Assembly: GCA_963827685.1 (NCBI GenBank)
Contig: CAWHBU010000002.1
Location: forward strand, 800,001 to 864,000
DNA: 64,000 bases
Reading direction: 5' to 3'
Origin: an uncultured delta proteobacterium
Lineage (GTDB): Bacteria; Desulfobacterota; BSN033; UBA1163
Numbering within the stretch: position 1 is the stretch's first letter; the number at the start of each line of letters is the position of its first letter. Shown here in pieces: positions 1-9,798 of this stretch. The notes beneath the pieces were generated by a model that was given only the letters and a program-made list of their open reading frames with translations, searched no databases and was not told the origin of the DNA. The translations under genes and the position numbers were made by a program.

Positions 1-82
1 TTGATTGAATTTCAACGGGTATTATTTTAGTATAAAACCGAGGCCGAAATCAACCCTTAATGCAATTTTTATACTTTTTTCC

Positions 83-1027
83 ATGGAAATTATTAAAGGA
101 ATTCAAAATTTAAAAAGATCCTTCAGGAACCCTGTTCTGACATTGGGGAATTTCGATGGAGTCCATTTGGGGCACCAACAGATCTTCAAAAGGGTGAAAG
201 AGGAAGCATCGAATATGCACGGAGAAGGAGTGGTTATCACCTTCGAACCCCATCCCCTCAAAGTCCTCGCACCCGAAAAGTTCTTGCCCCTGCTCACGCC
301 TTTTAGAAAAAAAATGATACTAATCGAGAAATCGGGAATCGAGACCGTACTCTGTATTGAATTTTCGGTAAGATTTTCAGAGATTTCCCCCTCTGAATTC
401 ATCAAAAGCGTTTTGGTCGAAAAAGTGAAAGTGAAGAAGGTCATCATTGGATACAATTATCGTTTCGGTAAGAGACAAAGAGGGGACGCTCAAACCCTAA
501 GAGAGGCGGGGAAAGTCTTTGATTTTGGAGTGGAGGTGGTGGCACCGCTAAAAGTTGCCCAAACTATCGTCAGCAGCTCAAAGATAAGAGATCTCATTCA
601 AAGAGGCGAGGTCGAAGCAGCCTCAAAACTATTAGGAAGAAATTATCCCATCATTGGAAAAGTCGTGGAAGGGCTAAAAAGAGGCAAAACTTTAGGATTT
701 CCCACAGCAAATTTAGAAATATCAGATGAACTTTATCCAAAGGCCGGAGTCTATGCTGTGGAAGTAGTATGCCATCAACAGCGTTTCAATGGCCTCGCCA
801 ATATCGGGCTAAATCCCACCTTTTCTCGTCCAATAGATAAAAAAGAGGAACAATTTTCATTGGAGGTTCATATTTTAAATTTCAACCAGGAAATTTATGG
901 GGAGGAAATTGAAGTTCATTTCAGAAGAAGAATTCGAGATGAAGTTCGGTTCGAATCCCCCTCCCTCCTTATCCAACAGATTAACAAAGATATCCAGTAT
1001 GCCAATGAGAATGTCTTCCGGATCTAA
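83..1027 (+). CDS. ribF: Bifunctional riboflavin kinase / FAD synthetase
   Basis: Motifs LGNFDGVHLGHQ, VSSSKIR, GKTLGFPTAN and EVHI. Start placed at ATG 83 (MEIIKG), in frame with ORF 5..1027. Confidence 0.95.
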   Translation: MEIIKGIQNLKRSFRNPVLTLGNFDGVHLGHQQIFKRVKEEASNMHGEGVVITFEPHPLKVLAPEKFLPLLTPFRKKMILIEKSGIETVLCIEFSVRFSEISPSEFIKSVLVEKVKVKKVIIGYNYRFGKRQRGDAQTLREAGKVFDFGVEVVAPLKVAQTIVSSSKIRDLIQRGEVEAASKLLGRNYPIIGKVVEGLKRGKTLGFPTANLEISDELYPKAGVYAVEVVCHQQRFNGLANIGLNPTFSRPIDKKEEQFSLEVHILNFNQEIYGEEIEVHFRRRIRDEVRFESPSLLIQQINKDIQYANENVFRI

Positions 1028-1653
1028 TGGATCAGCTTTCCTAACCTCCCCCACCTAATTTCACCCCATCTCCATATTTCCCATATTTCCCAAAAATTTG
1101 GACCTGAATAATAGATAACAAATGCGCTTCCTATAACATCATTATTAATATTGACAAAGCCCCAAAAACGACTATCCTGACTGTTGCCACGGTTATCTCC
1201 CATAACGAACAAATGGCCATCTGGAACTCTGTCCACGTGTTCAAATCTTCCGTTTGTACTGAGATTCCTCATCCCATCACGATAATCTCCCCATGGATCA
1301 TCAATGACCTTATCATTGATGTAGATCTTTTTCCCAACGATATCGACCTTGTCCCCTTCAGTCCCAATAACCCTTTTGATAAAATCCTTCGACCGGTCTT
1401 TTGGAAATATGAAGACGATAATATCGCCCCTCTTTGGCTTCTTATATTGAAACAATTTGATATTGGTATAAGGGATTCTTATTCCATAAATAAATTTATT
1501 AACAAGGATGTGGTCGCCCACCAACAACGTGGGTTCCATTGAACTCGATGGAATTTTAAAGGCTTGGACAATAAAAGCCCGAATGAAAAGAGCAATCAGA
1601 AAAGCCACGGCAATTGGTTCTACATATTCTTTAATAAACTTTTTCCTCTCCAT
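1024..1653 (-). CDS. lepB: Signal peptidase I
   Basis: IPSSSMEPTL (Ser), FIKRVIG (Lys) and MGDNRGNSQDSRFWG motifs. ATG 1653 is preceded by GAGGAG. Confidence 0.95.
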   Translation of the reverse strand: MERKKFIKEYVEPIAVAFLIALFIRAFIVQAFKIPSSSMEPTLLVGDHILVNKFIYGIRIPYTNIKLFQYKKPKRGDIIVFIFPKDRSKDFIKRVIGTEGDKVDIVGKKIYINDKVIDDPWGDYRDGMRNLSTNGRFEHVDRVPDGHLFVMGDNRGNSQDSRFWGFVNINNDVIGSAFVIYYSGPNFWEIWEIWRWGEIRWGRLGKLIH

Positions 1654-1685
1654 AATCTCCTCATTCACCTCAAAACAGGCTCAGC

Positions 1686-1786
1686 GCCCGCCTGCTAAAG
1701 TACTCGCTTGCTTGCCCAATAGCCTGCTCGGGCCAAAATTCAGCAAAGGCAAGCCCGTTCGGCGAAGGCCGGCACGGCGGACAGGC
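1686..1786. repeat. GC-rich degenerate nested palindromic intergenic repeat
   Basis: CGCCCGCCTGCTAAAGTAC...CCGGCACGGCGG resembles the CCTGCACGCCGAAGTGC...CCGGCACGCAGG palindrome at ~14198-14232, with further imperfect arms inside. Confidence 0.4.
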
Positions 1787-1825
1787 AAAGGGTATAGCGG
1801 ATAGCGTTTCTCCGATCTGTGTTTT

Positions 1826-2668
1826 TCACTCTATCCGCTCTGCAGCATGCTCTAAGCCATGGAGCACCTCTCGGTAACTGTCAGGCCTTCTGTCCCTCAA
1901 AAAAGGCCATTCCTTTCTCACCCTATCAATACTTTTCAGATCAATTTCGACCAAAGCAATGCTATCTTTCATGCCTGTCGGTTTGTCCAGTAATTCTCCC
2001 TCTGGGCTGATGCAAAAAGACTTTCCATAAAAATCCTGTTTTTCTTCACTCCCTACCCGGTTTACCCTGAAAACGTAGATCCCATTGGCAATGGCATTGC
2101 TCGAGATCACCGTTTCCCATTTTCTTTGCGAAGCAAAGGCAGCGGCAGTAGGAGAAAAAAGAATCTTGGCTCCCTTTAAAGCCAATATTCTCGATCCCTC
2201 TGGGAAGAAATTGTCCCAACAGATCTGGACACCAATGGGTGCAAACTTAGTTTCAAAAACGGGAAACCCATGGTTTCCAGGAGAAAAATAATATCTCTCT
2301 TCCCAAAGAGGAATTTGAGGAACATGAATCTTTCTATAACTTCCCAGAATCTCACCGTTCGCGTCAATGACGATCGCTGAATTATAGAAAGAATCTTCAT
2401 CGATTTCAAAGATAGGGCAGATCAAAACGACCTCGTTTTCTTCTGCCAACTTTTGCATTCTCGAGATGGTAAACCCATCGATTTCTTCAGCCAGAGAAAA
2501 ATAGCGTTTGTTCATCTCTCTTGGAAACCAATGGGTCGTAAATAATTCTTGGAAACAGATGAGGTTGGCACCTTTTTCAATAGCGATTTGAGCGAGTTTA
2601 ATCGCTTTTTCAATGTTTCGTTCTTTCTCCTCACAACAGGATATCTGGATTCCTGCCAATTTGATCAA
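1826..2668 (-). CDS. Carbon-nitrogen hydrolase (nitrilase family; N-carbamoylputrescine amidase/beta-ureidopropionase-like)
   Basis: Catalytic triad motifs FQELF (E), YRKIHVP (K) and QICWD (C). Probable TTG start at 2668 after AGGAGAGG. Confidence 0.88.
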   Translation of the reverse strand: MIKLAGIQISCCEEKERNIEKAIKLAQIAIEKGANLICFQELFTTHWFPREMNKRYFSLAEEIDGFTISRMQKLAEENEVVLICPIFEIDEDSFYNSAIVIDANGEILGSYRKIHVPQIPLWEERYYFSPGNHGFPVFETKFAPIGVQICWDNFFPEGSRILALKGAKILFSPTAAAFASQRKWETVISSNAIANGIYVFRVNRVGSEEKQDFYGKSFCISPEGELLDKPTGMKDSIALVEIDLKSIDRVRKEWPFLRDRRPDSYREVLHGLEHAAERIE

Positions 2669-2706
2669 CGTTTTCCCTCTCCTCAGCGAATATAAAATTT
2701 CTGCAA

Positions 2707-2735
2707 ATGCTAACAAAGTTAGGATGAAGTGTCAA
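2707..2735 (-). promoter_or_regulatory. Sigma-70-type promoter of the nitrilase-family gene
   Basis: Minus strand TTGACA (2735-2730), 17-bp spacer, TAGCAT (2712-2707). It directly abuts the IS target duplication. Confidence 0.55.
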
Positions 2736-2752
2736 GGTTTCGGGTCATTATA

Positions 2753-4182
2753 TGTCAAGCCAAAATAGAAATGTCCTCTTCTTACCAAAATAGAAATGTC
2801 CTATTCTTCAGATTTGAGATTCTAAGAGTTTTTCTCTGTTATAGGGATGTTTCCTAATCTTGAACTTCCTCCAAGGATGATCAGCCGGAGGAATGTAAGT
2901 CTTCCTCCTTCTCACAATAGCCGGCTGTTTCTTCTCTCTTAGTGGTCTCTCAGTGATCTCTTTAAATCTCAAAGCTCGACCTTTATGGGTCATGACCATT
3001 GATCCGTCGATTCGATCCTGAACCATCACCTTGGAGGCCTTGATCGTATCCTCAACCTGATAGAGCTTCCTGTTATGAGCCACCGTAAAGTCATTTCTCA
3101 GTGCTCGCTCTGTCTTAATGCATAAGATCGCATCCAGATCCACCCCCTTAGGTAAGGGCCTGTGGAAATCGTCTTTCTCCTGGGGCCAAACAGAGAACCT
3201 CTTGTTATAGAGAGGAAGATATTCCTCTAAGAACTGATTGCCTTCCTCAATCGTCCTGATCCCTCTTAAACGCATCTCCTTGACCAGCCTGTCCTGAAGG
3301 GTCCGAAAGAGTCGTTCAATCCGCCCCTTGGCCTGCGGCGAATGGGCATGACTGACCTCTACCCCCAACTCTTTTAAGGCCCTCTCAAACTCACTTAACG
3401 GCCCCACGTCATTTAACTCGTCCTCGATCGTTGGCTTGGCCGTCGACTTATAGGTCGAATGCTTATCCAAATACACCTTCATCGGTAAACCGTTTTTCTT
3501 GATATAACGCTTGAAGCTATCCATCGCCGGGATCGTCCCCTCATACTCATAGAACCTCCCAAAGGCTTCCCCGGTAGCATCGTCAATATAGCTCATCAGA
3601 ACACAGGGGCCACCTCTGTCCTCAAACCAAGCGTGATGGGACCCGTCCATCTGTACCATCTCGCCGTAATGATGCTTCCGCTCCCTCCACTGACGATGCC
3701 TCCCTCTCTTGCGGCTCTTCTTCCAATCCCCCGCCTCGATGAGCCACCTCCGTAAGGTCTCATCACTGATCTCTATCCTACCCCTTTCCAGAAGCTTCTC
3801 CGAGGCCAGGGTCGGCCCAAAACCCTTGTACTGTGCCCGGTAAAGTCGGATCACCCTGTCCTTAATCTTATAGGGTATCCTCCGGTTTGATGGCCTCCCT
3901 CTCGATTTGTGTATGACTCCCCTGTTCCCTTCATTCCTGATCCGCTTCACGATCCTCCGAATTTGCCTACCACTCAAGGAAAGAATCTCTGCTGCCTCTA
4001 CCCGCTTGATGACCCTCTCCAGGACCTTCTGGATGACATGTAACCGCTTTAACTCTCCCTGACGTACCATGATCATGTCCTCTCCTGCCATCATGCCCTC
4101 CTCTGAAAAAGGGCATCTTAGCATGTCGAAAAGAGGACATTTCTAAATTGGTCAATTAGGACATTATCATTTTGGGATTACA
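2753..4182 (-). mobile_element. Complete IS1202-family (IS481-related, formerly ISNCY) insertion sequence with 17-bp target-site duplication
   Basis: TGT...ACA ends. Imperfect IR TGTCAAGCCAAAATAGAAATGTCCT vs reverse complement TGTAATCCCAAAATGATAATGTCCT. Two 18-bp boxes at each end. Direct repeat GGTTTCGGGTCATTATA at 2736-2752 and 4183-4199. Confidence 0.93.
2808..4094 (-). CDS. DDE transposase (HTH + integrase core), IS1202/IS481-type
   Basis: MVQMDGSHHAW, YIDDATG, VYLDKHS and SPQAKGRIERLFRTLQDRL motifs, C-terminal PPADHPWR. SD AGAGGAGG before ATG 4094/4091. Confidence 0.93.
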   Translation of the reverse strand: MMAGEDMIMVRQGELKRLHVIQKVLERVIKRVEAAEILSLSGRQIRRIVKRIRNEGNRGVIHKSRGRPSNRRIPYKIKDRVIRLYRAQYKGFGPTLASEKLLERGRIEISDETLRRWLIEAGDWKKSRKRGRHRQWRERKHHYGEMVQMDGSHHAWFEDRGGPCVLMSYIDDATGEAFGRFYEYEGTIPAMDSFKRYIKKNGLPMKVYLDKHSTYKSTAKPTIEDELNDVGPLSEFERALKELGVEVSHAHSPQAKGRIERLFRTLQDRLVKEMRLRGIRTIEEGNQFLEEYLPLYNKRFSVWPQEKDDFHRPLPKGVDLDAILCIKTERALRNDFTVAHNRKLYQVEDTIKASKVMVQDRIDGSMVMTHKGRALRFKEITERPLREKKQPAIVRRRKTYIPPADHPWRKFKIRKHPYNREKLLESQI

Positions 4183-4313
4183 GGTTTCGGGTCATTATAT
4201 TTAGATATTGCTTTTTTCAACAATCAATTTATAATGTTGATGTTTATTTCTTATCTATTTAACAAGCTGCAAAAGCATGCCCCATCCATCTTTGGAGGAG
4301 GCCTGAAAAAGCA

Positions 4314-4991
4314 ATGAGAATTTTAGTCATCGAAGATGAGAAAAAGGTTGCCAACTTTATTAAAAAAGGACTGGAAGAGGAACATTATGCGGTGGACCAT
4401 GCTTATGATGGGGAGTCAGGGCTTTACATGACAGAAGTGAATGAATACGATTTAATTGTTCTTGATCTGATGATCCCCAAGATCGATGGATTAGAGGTAC
4501 TAAAAAGAATCCGGGGAAATCGAAACAATGTCCCCATCTTGGTGTTGACTGCCAAGGATAGCGTGGAAGATATTGTGAGGGGTTTGGATGCAGGGTGTGA
4601 TGATTATTTGACGAAGCCATTTGAATTTTTAGAATTTTTAGCCAGAATCCGTGCTCTTTTACGCCGGGAAAAGATAGATAAAGAGCCTACTTTAAAAATA
4701 GCCGATTTGACTTTATCTCTGGTTACGCATAAAGTGATGCGGAGAGGGAAAGAGATTGAGCTCACGGCCAAGGAATATTCCCTCTTAGAATATTTTATGA
4801 GAAATCCAGATAAGGTCCTCACTCGGACCATGATTTCTGAACATGTCTGGGATTACCATTTTGACTCGATGACCAATGTGATCGATGTCTATGTGAACTA
4901 TCTTCGGAAAAAAATTGATAAGGGATTTGAATCCAGACTGATCCATACGATTCGAGGGGTCGGTTATATCCTGTCTGCCGACAGGCCCTGA
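4314..4991 (+). CDS. OmpR-family response regulator (CusR/CzcR heavy-metal type)
   Basis: MRILVIEDE, DLMIPKIDG and DDYLTKPF receiver motifs; winged helix NVIDVYVNYLRKKID...IHTIRGVGY. Confidence 0.92.
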   Translation: MRILVIEDEKKVANFIKKGLEEEHYAVDHAYDGESGLYMTEVNEYDLIVLDLMIPKIDGLEVLKRIRGNRNNVPILVLTAKDSVEDIVRGLDAGCDDYLTKPFEFLEFLARIRALLRREKIDKEPTLKIADLTLSLVTHKVMRRGKEIELTAKEYSLLEYFMRNPDKVLTRTMISEHVWDYHFDSMTNVIDVYVNYLRKKIDKGFESRLIHTIRGVGYILSADRP

Positions 4992-5017
4992 ACCTAATAT
5001 GGTACAGGGCAGGCAGG
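4970..5017. repeat. Nested palindrome overlapping the response-regulator stop codon
   Basis: CCTGTCTGCCGACAGG, then CCCTGAACC-taatat-GGTACAGGG, then CAGGCAGG. Related to the GCCTGCCTGCCGGCAGGCAGGC palindrome at 36019. Confidence 0.55.
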
Positions 5018-5033
5018 CATGAAAAGGGCCTGA

Positions 5034-6506
5034 ATGCATTTCAGAAGTCTTCGATTTAAGCTTACCCTTTGGTATGTCTTAATATTGGGAATCTTACTGA
5101 TTTCCTTTAGTACTTTTCTATATTTCACCCTCTCAAAAAGTCTTCATCGAGATGTCGATAACAAATTGAGGTCTCTCGCTGAACTCATCGCCTCGGAATC
5201 TTCGTCTCCCTTATCGAAATTTGGCTTCGGAAGTATTGAACAAGCCCTTGAAACCTCCATGAATCTAAAACCGATAGGAAAATTCATTCAGGTCTTAGAT
5301 GAATCGGGAAAGATTGGTCCGAAATCTGACAATCTAAAGAATGTTCAACTCCCGATCAGTTTAAATGCCTTGAGGAACGCTTCCAAAGGTTTGATCACCT
5401 ATGAAACCAACCGTTCTATCGGAAACACTCCCTTGAGAATCATCACCTTCCCCGTCGTTGAGAATAATCATGTTACGAAAATTGTTCAAATCGCCTCATC
5501 TTTGGAGGAGGTCGAGGATGCCCTCAACACCTTATTCATCATCTTAATCATCACGGTCCCTTTAGCCCTCATGGTGGCCATTCTGGGGGGAGAATTTCTT
5601 GCCCATAAAGCATTGAAGCCCGTTGATCATATTACCCAGACGGCACGGATGATCACCTCTCAAAATCTGAACCAAAGAATTGACCCTCCCAAGGTGAAAG
5701 ATGAAATATCGAGATTGGCCGAGACCTTCAATGAGATGATCTCGCGGCTTGATCAATCCTTCCGACAAATCAAACAGTTCAGCTCAGACGCTTCGCATGA
5801 ATTGAAAACTCCCTTGACCATTCTCAAAGGAGAAGTAGAAGTTACGCTCCGAAAGGAACGAACCACCCAAGAATACCGACAAACCCTCAAAAGTAACTTG
5901 GAGGAAATTAATCGCATGTCACAGATCGTTGAAGATCTCTTGCTCCTTTCAAAAGCGGATACCGGACAGATACGGTTGAATAAGGAAGACATTGATTTAA
6001 CGGAGATCCTCAATGAGGTCGTCGCTCAAATGGATCTATTAGCAAGGTCCAAAAGGCTAAATCTCTCCGCCTCGAACCATCATCAGAATATTCATATTCT
6101 TGGAGATGCTTTACGAATTAGAGAGTTATTCATCAATTTAATCGAAAACGGGATTAAATATACTGAAGAAGGTGGTTCCATCCATGTCACCGTCCAAAAA
6201 GAATATCCACCCTCGGTGAGAAACCAATCAGACTTGGTAGAAGGAGAGGGGGAGAAATTTGTTAAGATCATTGTATCTGATAGTGGGATTGGAATTGCCG
6301 AGGAGGATCGGGAAAGAATATTTAACCGGTTCTTTCGAGTGGATAAGGCTCGCTCAAGAGAGCAAGGAGGAAGCGGCCTTGGCCTCAGCATTTGCAAGTG
6401 GATCGTCGAAGCTCATCAGGGTGAAATTAAAGTAGAGAGTGAATTAGGAAAAGGGAGTTCCTTTATTGTTACATTGCCCCTCTCTTCCCCTCGAATAGTC
6501 AATTGA
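5034..6506 (+). CDS. HAMP-domain sensor histidine kinase (heavy-metal sensor type)
   Basis: Two TM segments, HAMP, H-box FSSDASHELKTPL, N-box NLIENGIKY, and G boxes DSGIGI and GSGLGLSI. Confidence 0.92.
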   Translation: MHFRSLRFKLTLWYVLILGILLISFSTFLYFTLSKSLHRDVDNKLRSLAELIASESSSPLSKFGFGSIEQALETSMNLKPIGKFIQVLDESGKIGPKSDNLKNVQLPISLNALRNASKGLITYETNRSIGNTPLRIITFPVVENNHVTKIVQIASSLEEVEDALNTLFIILIITVPLALMVAILGGEFLAHKALKPVDHITQTARMITSQNLNQRIDPPKVKDEISRLAETFNEMISRLDQSFRQIKQFSSDASHELKTPLTILKGEVEVTLRKERTTQEYRQTLKSNLEEINRMSQIVEDLLLLSKADTGQIRLNKEDIDLTEILNEVVAQMDLLARSKRLNLSASNHHQNIHILGDALRIRELFINLIENGIKYTEEGGSIHVTVQKEYPPSVRNQSDLVEGEGEKFVKIIVSDSGIGIAEEDRERIFNRFFRVDKARSREQGGSGLGLSICKWIVEAHQGEIKVESELGKGSSFIVTLPLSSPRIVN

Positions 6507-6654
6507 AAATTGCCTTTAAATCAATTAAATCACTTCCAAATAATTGGCTAATTATTTCGCAGTTGTACTATTTTTTTGCACCATTTTGTAAGCAAAAGAA
6601 TAGGAGAAATAATAAAATTCATAAAATTCAAGTAATTAAAAAATAGGCAAAAAT

Positions 6655-6670
6655 TGGCACTCATTTTGCT
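6655..6670 (+). promoter_or_regulatory. Sigma-54 (-24/-12) promoter upstream of pilB
   Basis: TGGCAC-TCATT-TTGCT is an exact match to TGGCAC-N5-TTGCW, about 80 bp upstream of the pilB start, with an AT-rich upstream region. Confidence 0.8.
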
Positions 6671-6685
6671 ACCATTACTTTACTC

Positions 6686-6715
6686 TTGACAAAAATTCAT
6701 CTTTTTTAATATCTT
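6686..6715 (+). promoter_or_regulatory. Possible sigma-70 promoter upstream of pilB
   Basis: TTGACA (6686-6691), 18-bp spacer, TATCTT (6710-6715). Confidence 0.4.
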
Positions 6716-6748
6716 AAATTATTCCAGAAACTTAGGAGGGAACAGAAA

Positions 6749-8545
6749 TTGACAGAACGCTTGGGTGAACTCCTTATAAAAAGAAATTATATCACCCCCG
6801 ATCAACTTAAAAGGGCTTTAGATGAACAGAAATTAAAGGGGGGGCGCTTAGAATCGAACCTGGTCAGATTGGGATATGTCAAAGAAGATGAATTATTATC
6901 CTTTCTCAGTGCCCAATATAGGGTTCCCTCCGTCAAAATTTCGAAAATGGAAATCAATCCAAATGTGATCAAATTAATTCCTTCCAGCATTTCAAAAAAG
7001 TATTTCATCATCCCCATCAATCGAATGGGTCCCAAATTGACTTTGGCGATGGCCGATCCCAGCAATATTGTCGTAATCGATGAAATCAAATTTATGACCG
7101 GCTTCAATGTCGAGCCCGTGGTGGCGTCAGAGACAGAGATTGTCGATGCGATCAAGAAATATTATGGAGGAGGTGGAAGTGTTGCTGGGTTGGGAAACGT
7201 CTCCTTCGAAGCGAGCGACTATGATCTGGATGGTGAAAAGACCGGCGCCCTGGATGGCATCATGCTTGACGACAATGTCGTTGATGTTGAAGATTTTGAT
7301 AAACTGGTTCACGGGGCAGTAGATAATGTCGAAGTGGTTGACACTCAACTCAGTTCAGATGATTCCTTGGATATGGAAGGTCCGATCATCAAGATCGTCA
7401 ATGGAATTCTGATCAAAGCCATAAAATTGGGAGCAAGCGATATCCATTTTGAACCCTACGAGAGGACGTTTCGAGTGAGGTATCGGATCGATGGCGTGTT
7501 GAGGCGGGATATGTCGCTTCCCGTCCAAATCAAAAATGCGATGACATCACGCTTAAAAATTATGGCGAAATTAGATATTGCTGAAAAGCGACTCCCCCAG
7601 GACGGAAGGATCAAGCTACGGATGGGAAAGGGAGGGGAAATGGACTTTCGGGTCTCTTCCATCCCTACCCTTTTTGGTGAAAAAGTTGTCCTTCGTTTAT
7701 TAGATAAATCCGCTTTGCAACTGGACATGACAAAGCTGGGGTTTGAAGAATCGTCCTTAGCTGATTTAAAGGCGGCGATCCACAAGCCTGTCGGAATGAT
7801 CCTGGTGACCGGTCCCACCGGAAGCGGAAAGACGACCACTCTCTATTCTGCCTTATCCGAATTAAATAAAGAGACCGACAATATTATCACAGCGGAAGAT
7901 CCCGTCGAATATAATTTTATGGGGATCAATCAGGTCCAGATGCATGAAGAAATTGGACTCACCTTTGCCTCCTCCCTCCGTTCCTTCCTCCGACAAGACC
8001 CTGATATTATCATGGTAGGTGAGATTCGGGATTTCGAAACCGCTCAGATCGCGGTTCAAGCCGCCCTAACCGGACATCTCGTCCTCAGTACTGTTCACAC
8101 CAATGACGCCCCGGGAACGATTAATAGATTAATTGATATGGGAATCGAGCCGTTTTTAATCTCCTCAGCCGTAATATTAATCCTGGCCCAGCGATTGATC
8201 CGGAAAACCTGTATGGATTGCAGGGAGCCCGTCAAAGTACATCCTCAACTCTTAATCGATTTGGGAATTCCACCCGATGAGGTAAGATCTTTCCAGGTTT
8301 ACAAAGGGAAAGGATGCTCCATTTGTAATAACACCGGATATAAAGGCAGACTTGGACTTTATGAAGTGATGCCCATGAAAGAAGAGCTTAAGGAGCTTGT
8401 CTTATCCCGAGCTTCCAACTCTGAAATTAAAAAGGAAGCCATCCGTATGGGAATGAAGACATTGAGGCAGAGCGGAATTACGAAGATTAAAGATGGGGTC
8501 ACGACCATTGAGGAAGTTCTTCGGTCAACCATCGAGGATCGATAA
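6749..8545 (+). CDS. pilB: Type IV-A pilus assembly ATPase
   Basis: N-terminal RLGELL (MshEN-like), ASDIHFEP, EKRLPQDGRI, Walker A GPTGSGKTT, LRQDPDIIMVGEIRD and Zn-binding Cys pairs. TTG start after AGGAGG. Confidence 0.95.
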   Translation: MTERLGELLIKRNYITPDQLKRALDEQKLKGGRLESNLVRLGYVKEDELLSFLSAQYRVPSVKISKMEINPNVIKLIPSSISKKYFIIPINRMGPKLTLAMADPSNIVVIDEIKFMTGFNVEPVVASETEIVDAIKKYYGGGGSVAGLGNVSFEASDYDLDGEKTGALDGIMLDDNVVDVEDFDKLVHGAVDNVEVVDTQLSSDDSLDMEGPIIKIVNGILIKAIKLGASDIHFEPYERTFRVRYRIDGVLRRDMSLPVQIKNAMTSRLKIMAKLDIAEKRLPQDGRIKLRMGKGGEMDFRVSSIPTLFGEKVVLRLLDKSALQLDMTKLGFEESSLADLKAAIHKPVGMILVTGPTGSGKTTTLYSALSELNKETDNIITAEDPVEYNFMGINQVQMHEEIGLTFASSLRSFLRQDPDIIMVGEIRDFETAQIAVQAALTGHLVLSTVHTNDAPGTINRLIDMGIEPFLISSAVILILAQRLIRKTCMDCREPVKVHPQLLIDLGIPPDEVRSFQVYKGKGCSICNNTGYKGRLGLYEVMPMKEELKELVLSRASNSEIKKEAIRMGMKTLRQSGITKIKDGVTTIEEVLRSTIEDR

Positions 8546-8578
8546 CCCATCAAAGGGGAAATTTAAGGGGAAAGAATT

Positions 8579-9685
8579 ATGATTGAATTACAAAAATTGC
8601 TTGAAATCGTCATTGAAAAAAAGGCCTCCGATTTACATATCACTACAGGAGCCGCTCCGCAATTTCGGATTGACGGAAAGCTAATGAGCTTTGATGACAC
8701 CGTTCTGATGGGACCTGACACCAAAAGACTCTGCTATAGTGTATTGACCGATGCCCAGCGACATAAATTTGAAGAGGAGTGGGAATTAGACTTTTCCTTT
8801 GGGATTAAAGGATTGAGCCGATTCAGGGGGAATATCTTCATGCAGCGGGGCGCCGTAGCGGGAGCCTTTCGAGCCATTTCCTTCGACATCCTCAATTTTT
8901 CTGAATTGGGAATCCCTCCTGTGGCTAATGAGTTGCTCAAAAAGCCCAAGGGTCTTGTATTGGTAACAGGGCCGACAGGAACCGGAAAATCAACGACCTT
9001 AGCCGCCATGATTGATAAGATCAACAATGAAAAAAGCGATCATATCGTCACCATCGAGGATCCGATCGAATATCTTCACCGCCACAAAAGTTGTATCGTC
9101 AATCAAAGAGAGGTGAACCAAGATACAAAAAGTTTCACGGCTGCCCTTCGACACATCCTCCGCCAGGACCCGGATATCATACTCATCGGCGAGATGAGAG
9201 ACCTGGAGACGATCGAGGCAGCCCTCATCTGTGCAGAAACAGGCCATTTGACATTCGCCACATTGCATACCAACTCCTGCGTGGAAACGATCAATCGTAT
9301 CATCGACGTCTTTCCTCCCCACCAGCAAACTCAAATTCGGACACAACTCTCCTTTGTTTTAGAAGGGGTGTTAGCCCAGCAGCTCATTCCAAAGATAGGG
9401 GGCAAGGGCCGTGCCTTGGCGATGGAGGTGATGATTCCGAACCCGGCCATTCGAAACCTTATTCGAGAAGATAAAATTCAACAGATCTATTCAACGATGC
9501 AGGTAGGTCAGACAAAATTCGGGATGCAAACGATGAACCAGGCCCTCCTTACGCTTGTGGAGCGCCATATCATCTCCTTGGAGGATGCTATGGAGCGAAG
9601 CCATAATCTGGACGAATTTCGGCAAATGCTTTCCAGTTCCAATATTGCCATGGCGAAGAAGGAGAGACCTGCGAGAACCGCCTAA
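8579..9685 (+). CDS. pilT: Type IV pilus retraction ATPase
   Basis: ASDLHI, GPTGTGKSTT, TIEDPIEY, AETGHLTFATLHTN, AIRNLIRE and GMQT motifs. Confidence 0.95.
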   Translation: MIELQKLLEIVIEKKASDLHITTGAAPQFRIDGKLMSFDDTVLMGPDTKRLCYSVLTDAQRHKFEEEWELDFSFGIKGLSRFRGNIFMQRGAVAGAFRAISFDILNFSELGIPPVANELLKKPKGLVLVTGPTGTGKSTTLAAMIDKINNEKSDHIVTIEDPIEYLHRHKSCIVNQREVNQDTKSFTAALRHILRQDPDIILIGEMRDLETIEAALICAETGHLTFATLHTNSCVETINRIIDVFPPHQQTQIRTQLSFVLEGVLAQQLIPKIGGKGRALAMEVMIPNPAIRNLIREDKIQQIYSTMQVGQTKFGMQTMNQALLTLVERHIISLEDAMERSHNLDEFRQMLSSSNIAMAKKERPARTA

Positions 9686-9798
9686 ACTCTGTCGCTGCAT
9701 GAGTATGGGGAATCATCCAATTTGATAACGGATCATAGGGTTGGGGGTTTCGAATTTATTACAACAACAGGTTAAACCTATTAGGAAAGGAATGAATT

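Noticed and set aside
2700-4230. IS targeting an XerCD/dif site, as in one IS1202 subgroup
   Set aside because: No dif-like 28-bp site recognised in the flanks, and the 17-bp TSD does not fit the short-DR xrs-targeting subgroup.
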